A DNA stretch of 63,958 nucleotides, filler included, from Octopus bimaculoides (GCF_001194135.2; 8 parts of 7 records of this genome joined end to end with filler, not necessarily neighbours in it), one strand, 5' to 3'. Shown: positions 12,340 to 25,261, numbered from the whole stretch's first letter. Numbers and translations: made by a program. The notes: generated from the letters alone by a model not told the origin.

Positions 12340-12475
12340 CTAGGGCCATGGCAGATATTACTACTCCGGCTCAGGGAAGTCCTGGGGAAACATGGTGGTT
12401 AATAAGTTCAAAACACTGGGACTTCCGAACCAGGGCCCCCACTACCGGGTGCAGTTAGAATAGTAAGTATATTCT
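12340..12475 (+). repeat. Old dispersed repeat, also at 18405-18530
   Basis: TACTACTCCGG.TCAG.G....CCTGGG.AA...TGG...AA...G and GAAACCAGGGCCCC match the second copy. Confidence 0.45.
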
Positions 12476-13214
12476 ACGACCTTTGGTGAGATTTGAACAT
12501 AGAAAAGTTGACTCTTCTAACTTCTATATGGCAGGTTCTTCGGTTTATAGATTGGAATCTATTAAACGTTAAAGTACTTCTTGAACCTTTGTTAAATAAT
12601 AATCAGAGCAAGTCTAAAGTATTAGCAACTGTCGGCGAAATGTCTCGAACTATTTTGGTTATAAGCCTAGCCAGGACTTATACAATATAGATAGTATTTA
12701 GCTATATGGTGATCTCATTTACTGATAATATGAAGAATCTATCCAAATATTTTTACTCTGTATTAATAATGACCAAGTTCATTGGTAAATATATCCACTA
12801 GATAAAATGCGTACAAGATATAGTCTATAAACATATTCAGTATAGTTAATTACAATGAACTAATAGATTTATTGGCTTAGATATATAAATATACATATAC
12901 ATATATATATATATNNNNNNNNNNNNNNNNNNNNNNNNNNNNNNNNNNNNNNNNNNNNNNNNNNNNNNNNNNNNNNNNNNNNNNNNNNNNNNNNNNNNNN
13001 NNNNNNNNNNNNNNNNNNNNNNNNNNNNNNNNNNNNNNNNNNNNNNNNNNNNNNNNNNNNNNNNNNNNNNNNNNNNNNNNNNNNNNNNNNNNNNNNNNNN
13101 NNNNNNNNNNNNNNNNNNNNNNNNNNNNNNNNNNNNNNNNNNNNNNNNNNNNNNNNNNNNNNNNNNNNNNNNNNNNNNNNNNNNNNNNNNNNNNNNNNNN
13201 NNNNNNNNNNNNNN

Positions 13215-13265
<51 letters not shown>

Positions 13266-13949
13266 CTATGTATCTATATATGTGTGTGTGTGTCTAGACA
13301 TTTTGTTTTCTACATTTTATCGTTTACTTTTAAGTACAGGTCGACAGCATAAATCCGTTTAATGTATTTTCCTAACCAGCCACCACACTCACATAATACA
13401 TACATACATACATACATACATGCATGCATACATATATACATACATACATACATACATGCATACATACATACATACATATAAACATAAACATTTTCACATA
13501 AATGCATTCACACAGTGTATACTTACCTATCTGTAAATATATACTAATCTAAAAACTACAGATAGTAGATTGAAAGGATATTGGACAGTTGACCGAATTG
13601 TTGGCATTTCTTATCCTATATCAACCTTATATTTCTAACGGAAACCCTTATTTCAAAACTGTACTTCGAACAAATCATTATATGTAAATACTATGACTGC
13701 TGCGCATGAAAGTTTAAAAATTTCTCATTCTCTTCTTAACTGAATGTCACTTTAAAAACTTCTACTTTATATTTGGATGGAGACAAAATTCCACTGATCG
13801 TGAAATAGGCAGTTAAGAGCCTTAGGGCTGTCTATGCAATTCCACCAAATAATGCAAAGATGAATACTGAGATCGAGGTCAATTTCAGACAGGGACTAAT
13901 TGTCATTGGCAATTGCAGTTTGGTTGGAGCATTTCAGGTGCAGTGTTAT

Positions 13950-14900
13950 CAACACGGTTTTATACTGATGTTCTTATGGCCAAAACATATGTATGACAAC
14001 CAGAATATAAAGAATGAGAAAGTGTCCTATCAAGATCCTACAAAGCGAGAGTGGGTCTCGGTCTTCCGTCGTGTTTTACAAGACTCGGAATGTGTAGTTT
14101 TACTGTAAATCTCCAGCCGCATTTAAAAGCACTACAGGAAAGCCTCATTATCGCAAGATGCCAGACAATCGCATGGATATCACTGTTCATGCAACACAGC
14201 CAATACAAGTGAAAGGAAGGAAATACCACAAGAGAAAATATGTAGTACTGAGGATAGCAAAGATGAAGCTGGTAATGAAATAAATGCCAGTTGCAGTACA
14301 GAACAGGTGAGTTGGACTAGGAGGAATACGAATATTCCTTTAGAAGTGAGAGATTGTGATCCAAGAAATTAGTTATCTTGAAGTAGACGAAAAAGCGACT
14401 AAAGCAGGAGGGTTGAATCACCAATATGCATGGGTAACATAAGAGACAATTGAGCAATGAAGCTATTGAGGAACATTGTGAAAACTAAAGCCAGCGATAA
14501 GTGATTCTTCCTGGAAGTAATAAAACTGAATCGATCTTTTATGGTTGGAGTGGTTACAACTTCACTCTGTTTGCTGTAACGGCTGCAGAAATTATATGGA
14601 AAGACGCGGATTACTTATATCTTTATGTCCAGAAAATTTTCCTGTATAACAAATGAACCTTGTGACATGTCTCAATCAGTCATGTACAAACTGACAACAC
14701 GCTTGGTGAGCCAAGGTTATGCATGGGTTGTTTTTCGTATATCAGTCCGTAAATTTCAAGCAGAATATCAGATACTAGCGAAATAAGTTGACGAAAAAAC
14801 AGAAGAAAGTGTAAGAAGCGGGAAGGTTACTTATGGCGTGAGTTGGGTGCTCTCGTCTGAATAAAGAGTCGGAATGAAAGAAATAGAATTAGTATTGTTT
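13950..14900 (+). pseudogene. Possible highly decayed THAP-type DNA transposase
   Basis: Broken frames YQDPTKREWVSVFRR and FKSTTGKPHYRKMPD resemble THAP motifs; many stops and frameshifts. Confidence 0.25.
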
Positions 14901-15448
14901 AGTACAGGGAAAGTGTCTGAAGTTTAAACACGGTGATGTAAGTTTTCAGAGAATAATCATAATATCAGGTTAACAAATGAAGAGAGTGGATCTGATTATT
15001 TAACGTCCATCTCTTTATTCAGATAATAGTGGCGTGATTTTCCAGAATATAATGTGGTACTTCTCACGTGATGACATTTAGTGTAAAACTGACCACTTAA
15101 TTGGGTAACTCAAGAACTTTCATGTAGTTCAATATGCGTATCCTTTCAGCTGAGCATAAATTGCTTCATTTTGTACCAGTGTTCTGCAACTAAACTGGTT
15201 AGTAACTAATGATAAACCATTGTTGAGGAATTGCGCTAGTGAACAGGTCGCAGATGTGTGAGTAAATTTTAACACTAACAAATAAAAGAAACGTGATCAT
15301 ATCATATTTTCTTTTCAGAAATAACAGTGATGACTCTTCTAAAATATTATTGCTTCAATGTCAACACACTGTCTCAAAACAGTTTCTAGTGAAGTAGAAT
15401 TCCGAAATACAAGAACACTTGTGCGTCTGTGAGTGTGTGTGCGTGTGC

Positions 15449-15479
<31 letters not shown>

Positions 15480-15684
15480 NNNNNNNNNNNNNNNNNNNNN
15501 NNNNNNNNNNNNNNNNNNNNNNNNNNNNNNNNNNNNNNNNNNNNNNNNNNNNNNNNNNNNNNNNNNNNNNNNNNNNNNNNNNNNNNNNNNNNNNNNNNNN
15601 NNNNNNNNNNNNNTATATATATATATGTGTGTGTGTGTGTATATGTATATATGTATGCATATATATATATATGTATGTATGTAT

Positions 15685-15726
<42 letters not shown>

Positions 15727-17524
15727 GTATGTATATGTATATGTACGTGTGTGTGTATATGGAGGGAGAAAGAGAGAGAGAGACAGAGAGAGAGAGACAG
15801 AGAGAGAGAGAGACACAGAGAGAGAGAGATATATATATATTTATATATGCATTATGTACACGTAGAAATGGATATTCTTCGGTTTCGGCGATTGGTAATC
15901 AACTGTTCAATTGAACCACTGCCTGTGAAATTAGCGCCTAACTGGCTGAACATTGCATAAACAGTTTTACCTTAGCGTAATTCTCGTGTGGAATCGCTGG
16001 AGCACAAGGTGACAAATCTGGAACGTTAAATTGCAGCTCAACTATATACGACGGGCTTCTGTACAGTTTCCAAATACCCAGCTTTACTGACATGAGATAA
16101 AATGGAGTCTCATAAAAGACATAAAATTTAATAGGGGGTAAAAACCGAATTTGACCTTGTTCTGTATGTATGTGTGCGTGCGTGTGCGTTCGTGTGTATG
16201 TGTGTATATGTGTGCATGCGTGTGTGTGTACAATCGACAGAAAAGCCCCGAGCGAACACACTTTATATATATTTCGTGCAATGGACAAACATTACATACC
16301 CGTCTTCGCTCTTAAACACGATGCATCGCTTCTTTATGAGCAGCAAACGTACAATTAAAAGGATCTGGGCGATAATAATTCTGAGAATGTGTTTGAATTT
16401 CACTTGAAACATATTAAAATTTCTTTAATGACCCTTCAGAATGGCACCGGGATTACCTATTTTCCTTAGCCTTATAATTTGGATATCTTGCGACTAAGTT
16501 AGGAATTATATTGCTAAAAAGTAGGTGACGTTTCGCAGATCTAACAGAGTAAGACGAATACCTTATAATGGTATTTGCTTTCAGATGACTAACCAAATAC
16601 AATAACGAGCAACCAGACATTAGTTTCTGGACTATATTGTGTATGCAATCATGAAAAACTAAACTTTCACTGATAATATTCAAGATGGGTTGAAAAGTAA
16701 CCGGGAATTAAGTGTCCTAATGACCCTGTAATTAATTTGCCTTAAAGTGGACTCGAAATAAGAGTATTGATCTTTTGAGCAGCTCTTATCTGGACATGAA
16801 GATTCATTGTATTGTAGCTACAAAAACGAATGAATCTCTATGTGATCAACGAAGCCTCTAGAAATAGTACCGGAATTTTTTTCCAAATGACACGCTCGTG
16901 TTTTGAATAAGGAAAGAAAAAAACAAATTTGATCGATCATAACTAAACAAAATCTTTGAAAAATGATAGAACCCCAGAGCTAGTGTAAATTCATGGAAAA
17001 TATGATTCACTAGCTATTTTCGATTCCAATTTACATGCATTTCACTTCAATTACGTGGGTAATAATTCTGGAAATTATATGAATTTTACAATTTCACATT
17101 TTTGCTTCACGAAAAATGTAGTGTATGAGAAAATAAATCAAAGTTTTATTTGCATCAATAAAGAAGAATGTAAAATAAATTATGTTTAGAAGACACTACT
17201 TCAATGCCGGCCTTTAAATCACAACTTTAGATGACTCTACTTGTTATTTTAAGGCCTGCATTGGCAAAAAAGCAGTAAATAAACCAATACATGTTGTTGT
17301 TTACTCCCAGATTATCCCTGATCAAACATAAATATGATCAAAGGTATTCAGTATTTATTTTTCCTGAAAGAGTAACTAGCATACATAACTCATTATATCG
17401 TTCCATCTTATAAGTAGGTATGATTGTCAGTTGGCTGCTATTTCTGACAGATCATAAGGCCACTTTGAGATACTAGCTGTGTATAAATAACTTTGACTAG
17501 CGTGATGAACAAGTAAGTTCTAAC

Positions 17525-17690
17525 GGTAAATAAAGCCTTGCTTAGGGACATTTCGTCCGTCTTCACGTTCTAAGTTCAAATTCCGCCGAGATCGACTTCG
17601 CCTTTCATCCTTTCGAGGTCGATAAACTTAGTATTAGTTAACCACTGAAGTCAATGTAATCGGCTTATCCCTTCCTTGAGGCAAAATTTG
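17525..17690 (+). mobile_element. SINE family C copy
   Basis: ACGTTCTAAGTTCAAATTCCGCCGAGATCGACTTCGCCTTTCATCCTTTCGAGGTCGATAAA. Confidence 0.75.
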
Positions 17691-18019
17691 AAACTATTAT
17701 TATTGATATCAATCAGTATCTGTTTTATTTTATTTCACTCATGGTGAAGGCAAAAACGTTACGTTCGCAATCCCAGCTCTTTCTTTTTAACAAAGGCAAT
17801 AATTTCAAATGGAATTAGTAGGGTGTCACTCAAAATGATATGAAAGAGGTGGCGGGCGTAAATTGAAACCGAACTCCAGTTTCAGTTCACTGAGACTTTT
17901 TCTTTTCTCTGCAAAATCCCGTACATTCACACAATCAAAACGACGTACATAAAAAGTTTTGTTTGATGTTTTATGAAAACTGACGCAAATAATATAATAA
18001 AATGCCTCTGATCACTAAC

Positions 18020-18174
18020 CTCAATGAGTTCTGCAACAAGTCCTTCAAGAGACGCTGCTTCGAGGCGATTGCTTTTATTGATGACAACAATTCGTCCCAT
18101 TGCCATTAATCCGATGAAACTATCTTCGGGAGAGTGAACCTGTAGTACAGCATTACTCACTGTCTCTTGAAATG
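18020..18174 (-). CDS. Upstream exon of the REM-like gene
   Basis: TTTCTGTTTCAG acceptor and GAG|GTTAGT donor; 155 bp = 2 nt + 51 codons, ending in phase 0 to match 11581. Encodes ...GRIVVINKSNRLEAASLEGLVAELIE, resembling the REM start I.AASLE.L.E.L. Confidence 0.75.
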
Positions 18175-18544
18175 CTGAAACAGAAATATAACATAATTAT
18201 TAATTGTAACAATACAGAATTTTTTCTTGCTGTCCTTTCAGGAATTTGGATTTATTAGGAAGAGAGGATTCCCAGTCCCCTTGCTCCCGTCCCTTTTAGT
18301 CGCCTCTTACGACACGCAGGTAATACGGCGACTACATTCTACTGATCCCCCCACCCCCAGTCGCAGTGGGGTTTGCTAGTTAACCCATAGCTGGAAACCT
18401 TACAGGTGCTACCACTCCGGGCCAAGAGTAGACCTGGAAACAATAGTGGCTAAGAGGTGGTTCTGCACTCCTCAGTCCCTGAAACCAGGGCCCCATGGTC
18501 CAACTATCGGATGTAGTTTATAGTCATAACCAGTACAACAATAA

Positions 18545-18765
18545 GAATAATCCTTGCTGATTTTGGCACAATGCCAGCAATTTTGAGGAAAGGACAAGTC
18601 GATTACATCAACCCCAATGCGTACGGGCTGCTTATTTTATCGACCTCGAAGGGATGAAGGGCAAAATCGATCTCGGTGGAATTTAAACTCAGAACGTAAT
18701 GCTAGGGCAAATGCCGCTGAATATTTAGTCCGGGGTATTAACGAATCCGCCAGCTCGCTGCCTTC
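18545..18765 (-). mobile_element. SINE family C copy
   Basis: Reverse-complement match to 17525-17690; ends GCCAGCTCGCTGCC. Confidence 0.75.
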
Positions 18766-18839
<74 letters not shown>

Positions 18840-18852
18840 AATAATAATAATA
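18766..18852. repeat. (GAT)n(AAT)n microsatellite
   Basis: Direct reading. Confidence 0.95.
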
Positions 18853-19035
18853 ATTTCTACTCTAGGCACAGGGCCTGAGATTTTGGGAAGGGAGTACTGG
18901 TACTTAATTTATCGACCCCGAAAGGATGAAAGGAAAAGTCGACCACAGCGGATTTTGAACTCAAGACGGAGCGACGGGTGAAATACCGCGAAGCATTTCG
19001 TCCAGCGTGCTAACGATTCTGGCAGCTCACTACCT
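18853..19035 (-). mobile_element. SINE family C copy
   Basis: TATCGACCCCGAAAGGATGAAAGGAAAAGTCGACC...GAACTCA... Confidence 0.75.
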
Positions 19036-19036
19036 T

Positions 19037-19131
<95 letters not shown>

Positions 19132-19202
19132 GGATGATGATGATGATACTAATACTAATACTACTACTACTACTACTACTAATAATAATAATAATAATAA
19201 TG
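19037..19202. repeat. Compound (AAC)n(AAT)n(GAT)n(ACT)n microsatellite
   Basis: Direct reading. Confidence 0.95.
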
Positions 19203-20412
19203 GTTTCTGATTTGGGTACAAGGCAAACAATTTTCAAGTGAGGGGTTTGTTGACACCATTGACCCCGTCACTGGAATGGTTCCTTAAATATTGGGATCGA
19301 CGTAATTAATTGACTCCCTAAAAACTATCTACCTAAAGTTGAAACGTCATTATTGTTACAATGACAAATACAATATCACAGATAAAAATACCTGCAGAAT
19401 TACAATAGAACTTATATCAGGAAATACTACGAGCAAATAACTGAATGGGAAAATAAAACTGTTGACTGATTTGTACCCATTAACATTGACCGACAAAGAA
19501 ATGACATATTGGTGACTAGATTATCTTTGAATATAGAAACGGAAAATTCGATAACTATGGCACGAATCAGTGTTTATCCGAACGTCCCTGCTCGGAAAAT
19601 ATTCTTGCGAAAGTAGTGGAGAGAGAATATATGGATTCCCTAATGAAACACTACTTGTACAGGTAGCGATAAGTTCCTCCAAGATCTTGCCATCCATCTT
19701 GTTTCGATTCTGCTTTAGATAAAATACTAACATTTCCAAATTCAAGCAATTCAAAAGCGAAGACCGTAAACCTCAGAAAGTTAAGTAAAAAGTTAAGTAA
19801 GTCGTTCTTGTCTTTTGTGCTTGGTCATATAAACATAGTCAAATCATTTGAAATAGTAATATCAAATCTAATGCAGATTACACACTCTGGTAATACTTTC
19901 ACTGCACTGGAGAAGACATTCAATCTTATGACAAAAAATATTTTAAAAAAGAAAATTATATTTGGTTTAAATATGGTTTCCTTTGAGAGGTAAAAAATAT
20001 GAAGGACATTGATTCTGTCGTAGTAACTATTGGAGTAAAGGCATTTGAAGTATACACAATGGCAGCAAAAACATTTCGAAATATTTCTCCATTACAGGTA
20101 AAGAGTAAAGCTAAGAGCATAATAAAGAGAGAAAGCCAATATAATCAACAAACTCATGCAATACACACATGCATGTAGTCATTATGCACGTTAGGTGCTC
20201 ATAGGCAAATTCAAAAACTGTTGATAGCAACCCGGTGTGGCATGGAAAGGTGAACAAACAAACCATGATGCTAAAATAAAACTGATCTGTTTGAATTCAA
20301 AGATCGGAGAAAGAAAACAATGTCCTTTTAAAATCATCCCACTGTACAATAATAATAATTTAAAAAATGAATGAAATAACCGTTTCTATAAGACAAACAA
20401 TTCTACATTAGA

Positions 20413-20760
20413 TCTATACTATAAAAGGCAAATTTTCTCTGTGTGTGTGTATGTTTAAAATTCATACATTTACACAATTCCAAATTTCTTCGATTAAACA
20501 ATCGCAATTAATATTCTAAATACAATAAGTTAGGTCACTGCGTCATTTTTTCACTCCAAAAAATTCCTAATAGCGAATAAAATCCTTAAAACTACACAAG
20601 TAAACATTTTCTCCCTAATAAAATCTAATTTCCTCTTTCTAATACAAATCCTTTCAACTCCTACTTCCTCTCATGAACCTTTACGAAAACTCCAACAACA
20701 AATACAAAAAGAAAGGAAGGAGAAAAAGAAAACTATCAAAACTGAAACAATCACATTTCG
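20413..20760 (+). mobile_element. Possible Helitron-type 5' end
   Basis: A|TCTATACTATAAAAG followed by a short (TG)n, typical of animal non-autonomous Helitron starts; no 3' CTAG hairpin seen because the sequence runs into a gap. Confidence 0.35.
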
Positions 20761-21439
20761 ATANNNNNNNNNNNNNNNNNNNNNNNNNNNNNNNNNNNNN
20801 NNNNNNNNNNNNNNNNNNNNNNNNNNNNNNNNNNNNNNNNNNNNNNNNNNNNNNNNNNNNNNNNNNNNNNNNNNNNNNNNNNNNNNNNNNNNNNNNNNNN
20901 NNNNNNNNNNNNNNNNNNNNNNNNNNNNNNNNNNNNNNNNNNNNNNNNNNNNNNNNNNNNNNNNNNNNNNNNNNNNNNNNNNNNNNNNNNNNNNNNNNNN
21001 NNNNNNNNNNNNNNNNNNNNNNNNNNNNNNNNNNNNNNNNNNNNNNNNNNNNNNNNNNNNNNNNNNNNNNNNNNNNNNNNNNNNNNNNNNNNNNNNNNNN
21101 NNNNNNNNNNNNNNNNNNNNNNNNNNNNNNNNNNNNNNNNNNNNNNNNNNNNNNNNNNNNNNNNNNNNNNNNNNNNNNNNNNNNNNNNNNNNNNNNNNNN
21201 NNNNNNNNNNNNNNNNNNNNNNNNNNNNNNNNNNNNNNNNNNNNNNNNNNNNNNNNNNNNNNNNNNNNNNNNNNNNNNNNNNNNNNNNNNNNNNNNNNNN
21301 NNNNNNNNNNNNNNNNNNNNNNNNNNNNNNNNNNNNNNNNNNNNNNNNNNNNNNNNNNNNNNNNNNNNNNNNNNNNNNNNNNNNNNNNNNNNNNNNNNNN
21401 NNNNNNNTTATTATTATTAATTTATTATTATTATTATTT

Positions 21440-21575
21440 TAAATTTTTCCCACAACGGCGGCTTCGGGCAGGTGGAGAATAGTCGATTATATGGACCCCT
21501 CTATTCAACTGGTACTTATTTTTTAGACCCCGAACGGATGAAAGGCAAAGTCAACTTTGGCGGAATTTGAACTCA
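21440..21575 (-). mobile_element. SINE family C partial copy
   Basis: ACTGGTACTTATTTTTTAGACCCCGAACGGATGAAAGGCAAAGTCAAC...GAATTTGAACTCA. Confidence 0.7.
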
Positions 21576-21989
21576 CACACTCATACATACAAATATCTGT
21601 CATTCTCTTCCAAATACGATCGACAGTCAAACATCTATTCCTTACAAACTGAATTTTTTAAATATCTTTCTTAAAACGCATTTAATTACTACCATATATA
21701 GACACAGAATACACATTAATACACACATACATACAAATACCTGTTATTTTTTTTTATTTAGTGTGTGTGTATGTTGTCCATCTTAATATATAATGCTGAA
21801 GTTCTGTACTTACTAACATTTTTTATTTAGTGTGTATGTGTGTGTGTGTGTTGCCCATATGTATATATATACACTTGAGACTTAGTTGGGTTTTTATATA
21901 GACCCGCACGCGGTGGAAAAATTGAAAAAAAAATAGTGTAGTAGTTGAAGTGCACCGTATATTGTACAAATATGAAGGAAAAAATGCGC

Positions 21990-22260
21990 GCTGCGAAAGC
22001 GGGGTGGGATATGTTCGAGAAAGACGATGAGAAAAATTTTCTGCAATGACAACTTTGACTTTTCCATAAAAGTCTTCGTCCTTATAGAAATGCTTTCCCT
22101 ACAATTTCCGCACCGCCACACAAATCCATCCAGCGATTTGGCCTTCTTCAAAGTCATATCGTGTGTGCAATCACACGTTTTACTGGTTGTCGCTGTTCAA
22201 ATGATTCTCTTTTAGGGTTGGGAACACCGTTGGAATCATGGTCAAATGAATGCCTTCGTC
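21990..22260 (-). mobile_element. Merlin/IS1595-like transposase N-terminal fragment
   Basis: CDCTHDMTLKKAKSLDGFVWRCGNCRESISIRTKTFMEKSKLSLQKI matches the Merlin zinc-finger pattern C.C...M.L...DG..WRC..C...SIR..TF.E.SKL.L. Confidence 0.7.
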
Positions 22261-22361
22261 GNNNNNNNNNNNNNNNNNNNNNNNNNNNNNNNNNNNNNNN
22301 NNNNNTTAATTAATTAANNNNNNNNNNNNNNNNNNNNNNNNNNNNNNNNNNNNNNNNNNNN

Positions 22362-22676
22362 AATCAACCCCAGGACTTATTCCTTGTAAGCCTAGTACTT
22401 ATTGTATCGGTCTCTTTTTGCCGAACCGCTAAGTCATGGGGACGTAAACACACCAGCATCGGTTGTCAAGCAATGGTGGGGGAACAAACACAGACACACA
22501 AACACACATACATATATATATACGACGGGCTTCTTTCAGTTTCCGTCTACCAAATCCACTCAAAAGGCTTTGGTCGGCCCGAGGCTATAGTAGAAGACAC
22601 TTGCCCAAGGTGCCACGCAGTGGGACTGAACCCGGAACCATGTGATTGGTAAGCAAGCTACTTACCACACAGCCAC
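22362..22676 (-). mobile_element. tRNA-type SINE family B, near-complete, with internal (TA)/(TG) microsatellite
   Basis: Reverse of GTGGCTGTGTGGTAAGTAGCTTGCTTACCAA...GTAGACGGAAACTGAAAGAAGCCCGTCG-(TA)n-...ACAACCGATGCTGGTGTGTTTACGTCCCC. Confidence 0.85.
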
Positions 22677-23178
22677 ATGCATTTCTTGGTTTCCTGTTCA
22701 TCTATGTGTCTAACGTGTATGTAGATATATGTCTGTGTATGTACATGCATTGTACATTGTTGGCATGTACCTTGGCATCAATGTCTTTTTGAACTTAAAA
22801 ATCTGTACTAAATTATATGACTTTGCATTTAATGACCTTTACCTCCTCTGTTGCTTATCTTTCCATTTATCCACCAGGTGTTGCCAACATGACACAGCGT
22901 CTTAACTCACTCATACTCTTCCAACCCAAGGGGCCATCTTCAAGAATTTAATTAAAATATTGACTCAAACAACACACTCCCTCAATCATCTCCTGTCCCT
23001 TAAACCACCTGCAGTATACTCCCAGCTTTGTCTCTCTTTCCCTCCCTCATCTACCAATCTTTATTTATTTATTTCATTTTTCCATTTGTTGTTCCATTTA
23101 TCTTCACTTTATCTTTTTCATTTTCATTTCATTTTAAATATTTTTATTTACACACACACACACACATATGTATGCATA

Positions 23179-23229
<51 letters not shown>

Positions 23230-23345
23230 NNNNNNNNNNNNNNNNNNNNNNNNNNNNNNNNNNNNNNNNNNNNNNNNNNNNNNNNNNNNNNNNNNNNNAC
23301 ACACATATATATATACATATATTCACATATATGCATATACACACA

Positions 23346-23389
<44 letters not shown>

Positions 23390-23991
23390 TATACACGTGT
23401 ATGTATATATTATACATATGCACATATATATACATACATATACATACATGTATATGTACATACATATACGTATGTATGTGCATGCATGTCTATGTATGTT
23501 TATCTATTTTATTTATTTATACGTGTATGCATATATTATACACAAACACACACATATATATACATACATACATATATATACATATGTATGTATATATATG
23601 TACACAAACACACACACATATACATACATACATATACGTATGTATGTATGTATGTATGTATGTAAGTGCATGCATGTCTATGTATATGTTTATATATTTT
23701 ATTTATTTACTTATAGACATTCACTTTTTATCCTCTTTACTACTATGTTGTCCTTTTTCCTCACCCTATTTTCTCTCCACCACCTTTCTGTCTTCTCTAA
23801 ATACTTTTATTTACATCACAGTTTGTCTGACTTTCAGATATTAGATCTTTGTAACAATATGCAATAAACTGCTCCCCTGTTGATCCATTGTGGTTAGACA
23901 TCCAAACACATCAGGATTATCCACTGCGGAGTTCAAATGATGAAATGTATATAGGAGCTAAATATTTATATTAGTGTTTGTCTTAAATTTC

Positions 23992-24226
23992 ATCATCATC
24001 ATTTAATATTCGCTTTCCATGCTGGCATGTGTTGGTGACAGCAGTCAGGCAGCTGGAGAGCTGTCCAGACTTCAATTGTCTGTTTGACATGGTTTCTAAG
24101 GCTGGATGCCCTTCCTAATGCCAACCACTTTACAGAGTATGTTGGGTGCTTTTTACATGCCACAGGCACAACTGCACTTACACGGCACTAGCACAAGTGC
24201 ATTTTTCGTGGCACCAGCTCCCGCAA
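23992..24226 (-). mobile_element. Family A variant copy
   Basis: (CAT)n...CGCTTTCCATGCTGGCATG...GGATGCCCTTCCTAATGCCAACCAC. Confidence 0.75.
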
Positions 24227-25211
24227 NNNNNNNNNNNNNNNNNNNNNNNNNNNNNNNNNNNNNNNNNNNNNNNNNNNNNNNNNNNNNNNNNNNNNNNNNN
24301 NNNNNNNNNNNNNNNNNNNNNNNNNNNNNNNNNNNNNNNNNNNNNNNNNNNNNNNNNNNNNNNNNNNNNNNNNNNNNNNNNNNNNNNNNNNNNNNNNNNN
24401 NNNNNNNNNNNNNNNNNNNNNNNNNNNNNNNNNNNNNNNNNNNNNNNNNNNNNNNNNNNNNNNNNNNNNNNNNNNNNNNNNNNNNNNNNNNNNNNNNNNN
24501 NNNNNNNNNNNNNNNNNNNNNNNNNNNNNNNNNNNNNNNNNNNNTATATATATATATATATTATCAAATAGACTGCAAAGAGGTTAGTGAAGGTCTACAT
24601 TGGTAAGATTTATATTATGTAGTAAAATCGATGAAAAGAATACAGTGATCTTGCCATGAGGAATGGAAAATCCAATGTTTCAGACAAAGTGTCCTTCCTC
24701 AGAGTAAAGTTGAGAGGACAGAAATAAATGAGAGACAGCAAAGTTGTGCTTCTTCTAAGTTATAAGAACACCATCTCACAGAGTAAACAAGATTATAATA
24801 GATCAGAATAAGTGACAAAAGAATATCCAAAGTCTTCATGTACAGCCAGCTTGAGAGTGGGCACAGATGTAAATCAACAATGGCTCAGATATAAGTACAA
24901 ACTGAAGAGTAACCTCTCAGCAGTCAACACAGGTCACAACACCAATGAGCAAACAACCTTGGAACAAACAAAATGGAGATTATCATGTCTAAATGGAATA
25001 AGAGACAGTGCTTCAACCAGCATTAACAAGCTAAGGGGTGTGAAGCAAAGGAGAAAAGTGGCTGCAAATATATCACTTTCACTGACCTATAGGCCTCATA
25101 CTTGTAACATCTGCAAGCTTCTTCTCAAATTATTGGCAGGACTCAAATAACACATTTGACAAAGAAAGTGTAGGTTGTTGGATCCTCATACATCGGAAGT
25201 GATAACAGAGT

Positions 25212-25261
<50 letters not shown>

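Noticed and set aside
16453-16683. 76-aa minus-strand ORF between the two REM exons
   Set aside because: Lacks a compatible phase 0/0 splice pair and any motif.
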